Positions 32,233-44,501 of a stretch of DNA of 64,000 bases are shown piece after piece (position 1 is the first letter of the stretch; each line of letters begins with the position of its first letter). The notes under the pieces are model-generated. The model had not been told where the DNA came from and searched no databases. It worked only from the letters and a program-made list of their open reading frames with translations. The stretch is from positions 1-64,000 of the forward strand of contig JBEUKZ010000081.1 of assembly GCA_048128005.1 (NCBI GenBank). The letters run 5' to 3'. A program made the position numbers and the translations under genes. The stretch is from Veleropilina oligotropha (taxonomy: Eukaryota).

Positions 32233-35200
32233 TTATTCTCGTCAATTATTGCCGAAGACGGTAGTCTGTCAACTCTTTTGTTTGCGATACCCAACCAATT
32301 ATTAGGAATAGGGGTGACAGGTTTAATTAGTTGAGCCGTTTACACAGAAACTATTGTATTGAGGCTGCATGTGCGCTGTCTGTGTGTCTGTCTGTGTAGT
32401 GGTGTATGTCCACGATGACTTTACATGGCACAACATGGTCAATTCAAAACATATAGCCACGAAACTTCATATATATGATATAGGAGTGGATATCTAACTA
32501 ATGATTGATATATGAGGTAAAAGGTCAAGGTCACCAAAGTCAAATAAGTGTAAAATATATAAATAGACATATCTCTGGACTTGGTCAACCTAGAAAGATC
32601 AAATTAAGTTTATTGAGAGTAGAGTTGGGGACCGCGGGAATTCGAGTACCGCGGTATACCGTGGGTTTTACCTCTTACCGCGGTTTGTACCACGGTATAC
32701 CGTATATAAATCATTTTGTTAGTAAACATTTGGCATTGTCATACACAGTGTGTCATATACGTGGCACCATTAAGGTATGTAAACCAAACTTGGCAAATCA
32801 GTAGCATATGTGTTTAGACATATTATGACACTTGATGGACGTTGTGAGTTGGTCAAATGACCTGTCACTTGACGTCAAAGTAATATTATTGGCGTATACA
32901 ACCAATTCGGCCGAAAACCAAATCAACCAAAACTGCTTCTCTCAAATCGGCCGTAAGAAAAGGAAAGGACATTATCGATTCTTGTTGTCCTGTATTAGGT
33001 TCAAAGAAGAACAAATCCATATTATCGCGAGAGGAAATCCGACCAATCCCCGTAAATGATTTGGCCGAACTGCCTGACAAACACCCTAGAGTGTACAAGG
33101 AGTTTAAGAAGGAAATTTCATCTTCCAGCGATCATGGCACAAGTTCTCGCTAATTGTCAAAACCAGTCCTACGAACAAAGCAATAAAATGCTATATGCAG
33201 GTGGTGGTGGCTTGTAAGACATTTATGGGCCTTATTTTGTGGGCCTTATGGGTCAGCTTTAGAGTATACTGAACATGTGCGACTCATCCGTCGCTCATCA
33301 CGCGGATTCGCCCGGTCTCCAAACATGATTCATCGCTGACGTTATGATATTCGTGGATGTGCTTAGAGAGAGTGGCAACACATTTCTGAAAACTGATCAT
33401 GAACTCAGATTTGAGAATCAGCGTGAGCCATCCTCTCTTCTTTACCGTGATACGCTGAGATCATGGGCTCAGAAGTGTCAAGGCGCCCCAACAAGAGCGT
33501 ATATGTTGTTGATCGTGTGATATAACAGTGATGGTCATAGACATGCCGGCTGTGATTCAAATGGTGCGCCAACCTGGTGTAGCCACGTTCGTTTTCCTGA
33601 ACAGCCAGCTGACTCCATATGTTGATCGTAACGACACTGGGTGGGACATATCACACTGGATGGCATTCACCTTCTGACAACTAACTCTGAAGCTGTTTTG
33701 TTCCAGAAGCAATCAGAGTTATAGGCTTATATTATAGACTTAAATATTTTCCGAAATTTAATCTTTAAAATTTTGATCACAATTAGCACATTCTTATTGT
33801 TCTGGAAATATATACAATAATGAAACGGTCAAAACATATTCCGAACGCGTCGTTCTTGTTAACCTTGAAATGATAATATGACAATCTCGTCGCTAAAATA
33901 ATCGACTGCCTCATCCTGGAAAACCCCAGAATGGAGGTATTATTTATTAATCTATGCTGCTTATTTAAAAGTGATTGTATTCTGTCTTTCGGGTGACAAC
34001 CATATTTTGCGTTTTATACCATTTTTACCTTGAAATGATGATTTGACCTTGAGCTTAACATGTAATCACGAAAATAATATACCATGATTGACGTCGTCAT
34101 CAATAAAAGCACCATTATGAAGGTATTATTTATTAATCTATGTTGTTTAGATTAAAGCTATGTTGTTTCGTCTTTCGGGTGGCAGCCATATTGCGCGATT
34201 ATAAAACATTTTTTGACATTGAAATGGTGATTTGACCTTGACTAAAACCAGGAATCGAGAAAATAATGTCGTAATCGCCTTCCTCATCCCTGAAAATGCT
34301 AAAATGGGGGTTTTATTTTTTAATCTATGATATTTAGGCTAAAAGTTATAGTGTTCGGTGTTTCGGGTTGCGGACATATTGCGCGTTTATATGCAATTTT
34401 CGACATTGAAATGCCATTATGGTGATTTGGATTTGACCTTAACCTGGAAAAGCGATATTAATGTCATTATCGATTTCCACATACGTGAAAACCCCAAAAT
34501 GGAGATATTATTTATTAATTTATGTTTGACCTTGAAATGGGGATTTGACCTTGTCGAATAAATAATGTCATAATCGACTTCTTCATGCTTGTAAACCCCA
34601 AAATGGAGGTATTATTTACTAATCTATGAGGTTTAGACATAAAGTTCCTAAATGGTAATACTTTCTTCGGATGGCGGACATATTGGATTTTTTTCCAATA
34701 TGGCCGCCAGAGGGACAGTTGAGCTTGTCTGCTGGCAGATTATAAAACATCTAGATCTATCAGGCCATAATCATAATCTAAAAAAATTGCAAAAAATGAA
34801 CTATTATTTTTTAATATGCTGTAGGTGCTACCTAGAGACGAGCACTCTAATAGTCGAGTGGGCCTGTGGGTAGAGTGATTGTCTACAATACAAGTTGATT
34901 AACCTGATTTATGACTGTAATACTGTTGGTATGGTCGTTATAAACATCAATTCATCATCATCGTTATTATAAAGAGGTATTTATTAAAAAAATTCAAGTT
35001 GTACTAATTGTACGGTGTGTCACTATGGTATCATGAAATAATGAACATTTATCAACCATACACAAATAGCAACAAATATGAGACAAATTTATTAATGTAT
35101 CGATAGTTCATTAGGTACTTACCACTGTCTGCTCTGCATAAGACGTTACGTTACGACAATCAGCTTTTTGGGGTGGAATTAATTTAGTAATAATTTATAC

Positions 35201-35786
35201 TAATCAATAAAATAAAATGAAGCTGATAAATCCAAAGGTTAGCGATTGACATATCACCTACCCAGAAGATATGTAAATAAAGAAAACACTAGCATGATCT
35301 AAATGGTCATAAAATTTGTAATAAAAATGTAAAAACAAAAAATATATTGTGATATATAAAGGGTTGGTAACTATCATGTCACTCACCCAGAAGATATATA
35401 AATAAAGATAACACAAATACTAGATATAAAAGTGAAATTGTGTTGTTGCTATATTTATTAATAAATTCTACATGACGTAAGTGGACCCACCCATGAAATT
35501 AAATAAGTTTGTCTAATCTATGTAATCGAGAGGGTTGGCGACTGTCATGTCACTCACCCGGGATATTTAAATATAAAAAGGACACTTATTACTTATGATT
35601 ATATCTATGTAAAGTAAAGGGTTGGTGACAACTATGTCACTCACCCAGAATTGCAAATAAAGGAAACACTAGTACATGAGTCATGATACATATCGCTGTA
35701 TTTAAGATATATATATATTTGATTAATGTGAATGTATATAAATGTAATGTACCGGTACATGTAAACTGTAGACGGTGCTAAATTCC

Positions 35787-36585
35787 CTAATGTCGTGCTT
35801 GTCTTTTAAAATCCCAATTTTCGTGTTCTGTTGTGCTTGAAGATGTTGTTGGTTGCTGTAAGTAGAGTGGATGGAAAATATCCTTTGATACTGATAAGCA
35901 CATGTACCTGTACCATTTGCTGAATAGATAGTTGTCGGGATGGACACCATCGCACATGTGCTTGTAGCAAAAGAAGGATACCTTGTGTTTGTTCTGGTTG
36001 TGTCGGCCCCTGAGTTGTGTTTTGGTTTTCGTTATGTCCCTGTCCCATCTAACTGTTCTGCAAAATGATGTGGTGTTCATGTGCATAATGTTGGTATTGA
36101 TTAATTGTATGTGGTCTTCTAACTGTTTTTGTTGTTGTTGTTTTTGTTGTGTTGTGTATATGCTGTGGTGTAGCCTGTTTCTCTCTTGTGCAAATGTGTC
36201 CGACTTGAGTAATGAGACTGGGGGAATGGTTGCAATTTTGACTTCTATGTTATACTGTGATTTGAAGCGTGTTTGAAACTGACCTAACTGATTGGTGATG
36301 CGTTCTACTATGTGTTCCCTGGGTGTGTATATAATCTCTGTGCCTGCTGAATGAGTAATTTTTTGTGTTAAATCACATATCCCCCCTGCAAACATGATCA
36401 TTTTTGGTTTGTAAGTTTTGGCTGAGCTAAGTTATTTTCTACTTGAGAGACTATTTTTTCAACCCCCCCCCCCCTCGAACAACAACAAAATGAAAGTGAT
36501 GCTGATTTAAAATCAAATGACTGTTTTTTTCAACGAAACTTTTAAGATTACCTCCCCTCGAGTCTGTAGCGAAAATGATGTGCAT
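35787..36585 (-). pseudogene. SGNH/GDSL hydrolase-like gene with a 1-bp frameshift, probably in a C12 homopolymer
   Basis: From the ATG at 36585: MHIIFATDSRG (block I), VRGG (II); after the shift FAGGICD (III) and DGVHP (V). The span is 799 nt (3n+1); the C-run is at 36463-36474. Confidence 0.65.
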
Positions 36586-36965
36586 ATTGATCCTGTAAAG
36601 ATAAGTGATATCATTAAAAATAATAATATTTCATATTAAATTATATAAAGTAAATTTTAGATTAGAGACAATTGTACGATCCGGATCATCTTCGAGGAGG
36701 ACCGAGCCATGGATACATGTATTACTGTGATGTATTAATAGATAATTCATCATATCGTTGGTTAAAATTGTTTTGAACAACAGATTAAGCACATGTGACA
36801 GGGTAAAAGATTAACCTATGGTTATTTCAAATTTAACATGTGGTTAGCTTTATACACAGGATTTTGGACAACCGGCACTGTATACAATATATGGATTGAT
36901 GAAATTGTAATCATCCATTTAATAGGTATTTAATATGTTTTCATGTATTTTCGTTATTTTTGTCT

Positions 36966-38059
36966 AGATCATCACCTGTATTGAATTAAGCCGTAATGAT
37001 TAAGGATGTTTAAAGGAATATTAATGTTCAGAATAAGTATATTGATAATGCAATTTGCAAATTTCTAACAATGTTAGCTGTATATGAAATTAATATTAGT
37101 CAAATTAAAAATAACAAAATGACAAATTCACGCACCAGATCTGATTATATAATTTAAACTAAGTGAAGTCAATAATTAATAGCTTAATTTGTACAGTATT
37201 CATGGAAAATGGTAGAAGCATCTACACATTAATTGTATGTGGCATTATCACATCTGCAATACACTGCTAGGTTGGTGACTGTCATCATCACTCACCATTG
37301 CATGGTCTTATGACTGATGTGGATACAATTTACACCATACAAATGAATGTTTGATTTAAAAAATCAATGGCTGAAGTTTTCAAATATCAATGGCTGGAGT
37401 ATTATAATATGAAAATAAAACTGGGGGAACCTAGTGTAGAGCGTTATAATACTGTGATTAAACACATAAGAAATACTAGTTTGCATGGTGACAACAATTA
37501 TTGTTAGGTTCAAGATCATCACCTGTATTGAATTAAGCCGTAATGATTAAGGATCTTTAAAGGAATATTAATGTTCAAAATAAGTATATTGATAATGCAA
37601 TTTGCAAATTTCTAACAATGTTAGTTGTATATGAAATTAATATTAGTCAAATTAAAAATAACAAAATGACAAATTCACGCACCAGATCTGATTATATAAT
37701 TTAAACTAAGTGAAGTCAATAATTAATAGCTTAATTTGTACAGTTTTCATGGAAAATGGTAGAAGCATCTACACATTAATTTTATGTGGCATTATCACAT
37801 CTGCAATACACTGCTAGGTTGGTGACTGTCATCATCACTCACCATTGCATGGTCTTATGACTGATGTGGATACAATTTACACCATACAAATGAATGTTTG
37901 ATTTAAAAAATCAATGGCTGAAGTTTTCAAATATCAATGGCTGGAGTATGATAATATGAAAATAAAACTGGGGGAACCTAGTGTAGAGCGTTATAATACT
38001 GTGATTAAACACATAAGAAATACTAGTTTGCATGGTGACAACAATTATTGCTAGGTTCA
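36966..38059. repeat. Near-perfect 547-bp tandem duplication
   Basis: AGATCATCACCTGTATTG starts at both 36966 and 37513. Confidence 0.9.
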
Positions 38060-38975
38060 AATCACCCATCAATGCATTGACACATAGCTGATCTGGTGAA
38101 GGCATATCACGTCACTTCTTTCATAATTATTATTCATATCAATTGTAAATTGCAGAGTAATGTATGTACCAGTATATTTACATATAAGCAGATCGACACT
38201 GGGCCAGTGAGCTGCTAGGTTTGTGATTGTCATCAACACTCACCAATCCATAAACACGTAACTGATCTCACAAAGGATCGAATAAATATGTTGTATCATT
38301 TCTTCGCAATGCATATATATATATGAATTCTGAGTAACAGAGTATATACTGCTTTAATATTGCATTAGCGACGCATCATTATCATGTTGCTTGGTTGGTG
38401 ACTGTCATCATCACTCACCATTGCATTAACAATGATGTACTAGATCCATTTTGCTTATTGGAAGCATGTGATGTCTGACCTCATAAAGAGTTATGATATT
38501 GCAAAAGCAGAGTACCAATATGATGCTAGGTTGGTGACTGTCATCATGATCAGACATCACTGGCCAATGCATTAACAAATGATGTGAGAGAGATGATCTG
38601 CTTTTCGAAAGCATGTCCTATCTGCACTCATAAAGAGTCATAATAGTATAATTTAACAGAGTATCATTATAATGCTAGGTTGGTGACTGTCATCATCACT
38701 CACCATTGCATTAACAAATGATGTGAGAGAGCCTATCTACTAGTTGAATGAATGTCATGTTTGATCTCATAAACTTAAAAGAGTCATATGATACACAACC
38801 AGCGATTCATGAATGATGATGAGGGATCCCAGACAGAAATTCTTAATAATAAATGTAGCATGAATATTGCATTACTTGAAAGATAGTCAATATGTCGCTA
38901 AGTTGGTGACTGGCATCATCACCCACCACTGCACTGAAACATATCTTGACAAGTCATACAGCAAGTTTCTACATA

Positions 38976-41900
38976 TTATTCTTCATTGAATGCAATGTCT
39001 TTGTCCAGGTTCGTAAACTTCTGCTTAGTTTTTTCAACCAGACTGGCAATTCTTGCCATCTCAAGACTTCGCATTCTTGATGTTGGAGTGTTAACGACAT
39101 GACATAATCTGTCTTCATTAACTAAAATAGAAGGATTCCAAGCAAAGTCTGGATCCCTTCCGTTACCTCCAGCATTTTTTGCTCGTGACAGTGCAACGAA
39201 CAGAGCACCTGGGTTTCTTGATTCGAAATTTTTACATCCAGGATGAATAATGATGTATCTGCAAATTTCTCCCTCACCAATTGTCATTCCCTGACACCGA
39301 TGAATTGTGGTGCCCCATCATAATCTTAGAGGAATTTGCTTTCTCTTACACCCATGGCAGTTGCAAGCTAATCTTCGTTGAACAGGTACAATGGGTATAA
39401 CTTTAGGATTGTGGGGCACAAATGGAGGACCAGAATAACTGGGAAATTGCACCATCACTATGTCAGGAAGAGTATCTTTAGGTGTTCTGCCATCAAGATA
39501 TAGTATGTCAACTACCGTGCCCATCGCACCATTGAATAGGCCATGTGGAACATTCAAATTGACAGTTAACATTATCATGGCACCTTTGCAAAGATACAAA
39601 GTCTTGACGAGGCCACCCGATTTTTCACTAGTGGCATCTTTCGAATGGCGCCCTTCAGTGATTGCATCTATTTTAGCAATAGGATGCAATTTGTTAGCTT
39701 CTAGTAGCTTGCATTTGTTATGATGCCACTCATCTGCATGGGTGGGAAATACAAAAAGGCCTTTTTCGTGCATCCGTTGCAACAAGCCTTCGCCAAAAGG
39801 CTTCTTCAAATTATTCCATTGGAATTGTTGTAGCCATTTGGCTTGCTCAAATGTCGTTTTGTATTCCCTCATGGAATTTAGAGTGTTCTTCAAAGCCGCT
39901 TGGTCGCTGTCTTGACGAATGATTGTTTGCAGATTGACTGCACAGGTGAACTCTTTCCATACAAGATGTCCATGTATTGCCGCTGTGAGCCTATTTGTGC
40001 AGTTACAAACGGGACAGTCACAAACTGGGGGTAGTTGGACGTTATCACCGAAAAGAACAACAACGGGTAATCCACCCCACGACTTTGAAGAATTTGCACC
40101 TTTGTGAATACCGCATTTGCACATGAATTCCATCCAGCCAAGATTGAAACATCCAATCAATGAACGCTCATCTACTAACAAGACTTCCACCCCATCGCAA
40201 TTTTTTTGTAACATTTCCCCTTTCAGTCCATCTGGAGGTGACATTTCTTTATTTTTGGCACCTGTGGGAATTTTTTAAAAGCTATGTAATGTGACACCAG
40301 ATATGATATTGGCACTATTACCTGTTGGACATAATACCTGTACAGCTTTGTTTCTGTTAAATAATTGGCGTATTGCTTTTACAAGACAATTAATCAGGTA
40401 AGATTTTCCTGATCCGGCGGTTCCACCAATTATTAACCGAAGTGGCTGGCACTCATCAGGGTTATTGATGTATTGTGTTAATGTTTCCATTACAATGTTG
40501 AAAGCAAACAGTTGATCCCTATTCATGGTGCTGAGATCAACATTTGGAATATTTAGTTGATGGTCTTCTGAATGGATGGATTTCTCTTTTACTTTGTCTA
40601 GCCATGATCTAGCAACATCAACTGGATATTCATGTGCATTTGCGCCCCAGTCATAATCCGTTCCTCCATTATCATATTGAAAATCTGTAATTTCATTACT
40701 CAACATTGCATTGGGTTGAACAAGTTCCATCCATTCCGGCTGTTCTACAACGTCTTCGTCTACTGAACACTGGTCATCAGGGTTAGTTGCTTTGCGTTCA
40801 GGACTTTGATGTCGCCTTGCTCTTTCTACATCAGCTTGTACAAAATGTGGACAGCTTTCATGTAAGAGGAAGTTTTGAAACTCTTCAACCCATGTTAGTT
40901 CACTAATATTTCTCCAATTTGGAAAATGGAGAAGGAGTATTGTTCGACAATAGTCTTCATTGAGTGGCCAAGTTGCACTGATACAACTGCCAGATATTAC
41001 TGGCACTTTTCCACGTCTACAGATATGGTCATACCAACTGCACTTGTCGTCTTGATGTCTAGCCAAATATCTGTCAAGTGGCGTTGATTTCGTGACAGTT
41101 GACCCTGTTCGTTCTAGTACCCGAGAACCAGACATACTGACAGTTTGAAATTGGTGACTTGATCTAAAGAGAGGCAGAGAACTCAGTTCAAAACATGCTT
41201 CAACTGCCGAAATATCTCTTTTGACTGTGCCCATAAGTAATTTTGTACAGAGGGATTTTGCAGTAGCGCCAGTGCTTTCATCACATGTGTGTATCATGTC
41301 ATTGAAAAGATCGCTTGTAGCACCTATTGATTCATTACCTTTGCAGGCATAACCGCCGATGTACTTTTCTGTAGCAATGATATCATTAACAGAAGGATTT
41401 TTAGGGCTACTTCTTGAGAGGATAATGGATATGTCTCCATTAGCTCTCCATCCCTGTGTGTGATACCTGGAATGTTGAACTAACATTGGATGGTCTCTCT
41501 CCATCTCTAGCCGAGGACATCCATTCTTGTCCTTAACTATTGATGGTGATGTTCGAACCGATTTACCAGGATTTGCTAATGTGCCAAACTCCATTCTACA
41601 TCTCTTTTCACCATTTGATCTATTGCGAGGAGGTCGAAGACAATAATCTGAACAACGATGTAAATTTACTCGGTTTGTTAAAAGAAGATGATCTTCAAGA
41701 AGAGATGATTGACTTTCACTAACGTCCATCAACATTTTCATGAGAGGATTCGTTTCATCTGGAGGAGCTGGTGCAGTGCCTTCAGGTGGTGGCCAAAGAT
41801 CTTTACGCGGAAGACCATCTTTATCTCTTCCAGCTGGATGAGAGGCAGTCATTCCATAGACATCTTTGGCCCAGTCAGACAGAGTTTTTGCACATTGATC

Positions 41901-44501
41901 CTCTGACAGTCCAATTTTTATAGCTTCATGCAATAAATTATGAGGTTCTGTGTCTGAACGCCAACAGAGACCATGCCAGTGGATCATTCCTCTTGATTTA
42001 GCAAATTCCTGTCTATACCAATAGGTATTTACACCGAAAACCGGTTTCATAACATCTCTGAAATATGATTGCGTGCGCAAATCAAAATAATGACCAACAA
42101 TATGAGTATTTTCTTGTAAAGTTGTGAATAATGTATTGTGATTACTTAAATCAAGATCTTTTCCTGTAGACTTCTTTACATATTGATGCAGAAGTCTCCT
42201 TAATGGTTTAAAGTGATACTCTGCACAACTGCCAGTAGTAAAAAATGAAGGTAGACCGTCACCCTCATTAATTTTAAATTGTATTAATGATCTTAGCTCT
42301 TTTGACCTTTGAGCCCAGTATTGCATCGTGCCTCGTAAGGATGCTCCAAAATAGAGTATTTTCTCACCGATTGCCTTATCACCTTTATTTAATCGTTCTT
42401 TAAGATCAGCTACGGTCAGATGTTGATCACCAAGTTGTTGCTGCACAATATAGTTACTCTGTTCAAGTGTGCGTTTCCTCATTATCATATTATGGGCAAT
42501 AAATTTAAAGAAATTATGATGTGCAAAGCGCCCATCATGATACCATATAAGATGTTCTGCCCAGTCAGACATTGATTTACAGGTAAGAGTACGATTGACA
42601 TAAAAATCACCTTTGCCGTAAGGAAATAGACATGGGAATGCCAATGTAAAAAAGTATTGAGTTGTAAATTCTGATATAGGAACATTACCACGCGTTGGCC
42701 ATGGAATAGTTAGAACACCACGTTTGTTAGTCGTAACTTTTCCATGGTCCTTTCCTACAACTTCTTCAACTATTTGTTCCACTTGTTGACATATATCAAC
42801 ATTCGGTTCTGGAAGAAGAACACCAGAAATGGAACATCCATCAGGTGGACAAGCATCTCCAGGTTGTAATTGTTGAGGAGCGGGGCCTTGATCATTGGAA
42901 TGTTGTGTATTTGCATTGACAACTACTGTGTGGATTTCAGACAGTTCCCCATCAACAGGTAAGTTGTTCAATCTTTCTTTACTGACAATTATATCGGAGT
43001 ACGCTGGATTGTGGGATTGTAACCAGTACAGCGCATCCTGAACATGAAAGCGCCGAACTCTAAACTCTTTACTTGTATCATTTTTCCCTTGCTTCCGTAG
43101 TTTGATAATGTTAATCTCTTGCGGAAGCCTGGGTAGAATATGGCTGGGTTCATTGATTTCTTGAGGAAACGCTACACAATGTCCATTTGCAGCCACACCG
43201 CCATGCTTAAGCATATGAACGTTAATAGATGGTGAAATTCTAGATATTAGTTGTTGTTCCACTGTTGTTAAACCTTGCAGCTCAACAGGTATTTCACCAG
43301 GGTCCATGTTATTTTCAGTTGAGTAATATTTGACAGAGCCCTTATCTTTATGGCATCTTTGACAAACATTACTTGAAGCCATTTTCATATTAATTCTGCA
43401 TTCCTTACAGATGTCACATGAGGAAATGGTATATGACATTTGCTGTAATTCAAATTTTGCGATTGATTTCATGGCTATGTCATATTGATTATTATTTGTC
43501 AAGAGGGGAACATCCTGATTTTGCTTTGCCTTATTTAATGTCAGATTTCGTACTTGTCTTGCTATGTTTCGCTTAAGGTTTTTTATATGCTTGAACTGTG
43601 CATCTTCAGATTCTCTAGAGGAATCTGATTTTTTGGGGCGTCCAATATTTTGACAAGTAGAATTTTGTATATGAGATGAAGCAGCCTTCTGTTTCTTAAT
43701 TTTATCATGTGATTCAACTAAAATTTCATTTGAACATCTTTGCTTTTGTGCATGAGGTACAACCATAATTTGCTCGACATCTGTCACATCTTCCAGAAGT
43801 TGATAATTATTGTCAGCAAGGAGTAACTGAATTGTTGGCGCACTATTATTTTCTACACAATAACTTTGACTTGTGTAACATGTCTCAAAAACGTCATTAC
43901 ACTCATTGTATTTTCTGCCTTTTAACCACACTTGCATGTGGAAATTAAAGAAACTTCCGGCTGCCTTTACCTCACATGCCGTTGCCCAGCCATTGCGTAA
44001 TACCATTATATTCCAATATGCATGTGCATTGTTTGTATTACTGCCATGATACAGTTCCATCATATGCTTCCAATGATCCCAATGCCCATGAATACCTGTA
44101 CATGTTATATTCCTATTGTATATTGCTTGTGACAAGTCACCATGAGTGGCAAGACTTAACGAACTGAAAAAGCAATTTCCATCACCTGGAACATTATGAA
44201 CAACAAAGGTGTTGTCGTTTATGGTAATGACTTCTTGGTGTCCTGAATTTGTCGGATAATGTAAGACAGTATTTGATGACATGGATGGTTTTAAATTTAC
44301 TGATACATCCATATTGACTTCAGAATTATTCAAAGAGTTGTCATGGTCGATTAAAACATCAGATTGAGACGAGGTTTTATTTTTGTCTGAAAATTTGTAG
44401 TAACTATGATCAGAATGCCTACCTGTTTTTGTTTTTTTACACCGATTACTAGTACTTCTAACTGCATAGCTGTGGTCCAGCGGTATTTGAGGGGATGGCA
44501 T
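38976..44501 (-). pseudogene. OTU-Rep(HUH)-Pif1 helicase polyprotein, ~1840 codons, two in-frame premature stops
   Basis: VPGDGNCFF (OTU-like); FFTTGSCAE, QEFAKSRGMIHWHG and KYIGGYACK (Rep); GTAGSGKS, DERS, GDNVQLPPV, TIHRCQG and FVALSR (Pif1). The three track ORFs share one frame, split by TAA at 40275 and TGA at 39318. Confidence 0.9.

Noticed and set aside
35235..38935. CRISPR array
   Set aside because: Spacing is irregular and long, some spacers are related to each other, there are no cas genes, and the context is a eukaryotic transposon.
39318..40277. Programmed readthrough or selenocysteine in the helicase
   Set aside because: One stop is TAA and both are explicable as single substitutions; simple decay is more parsimonious.
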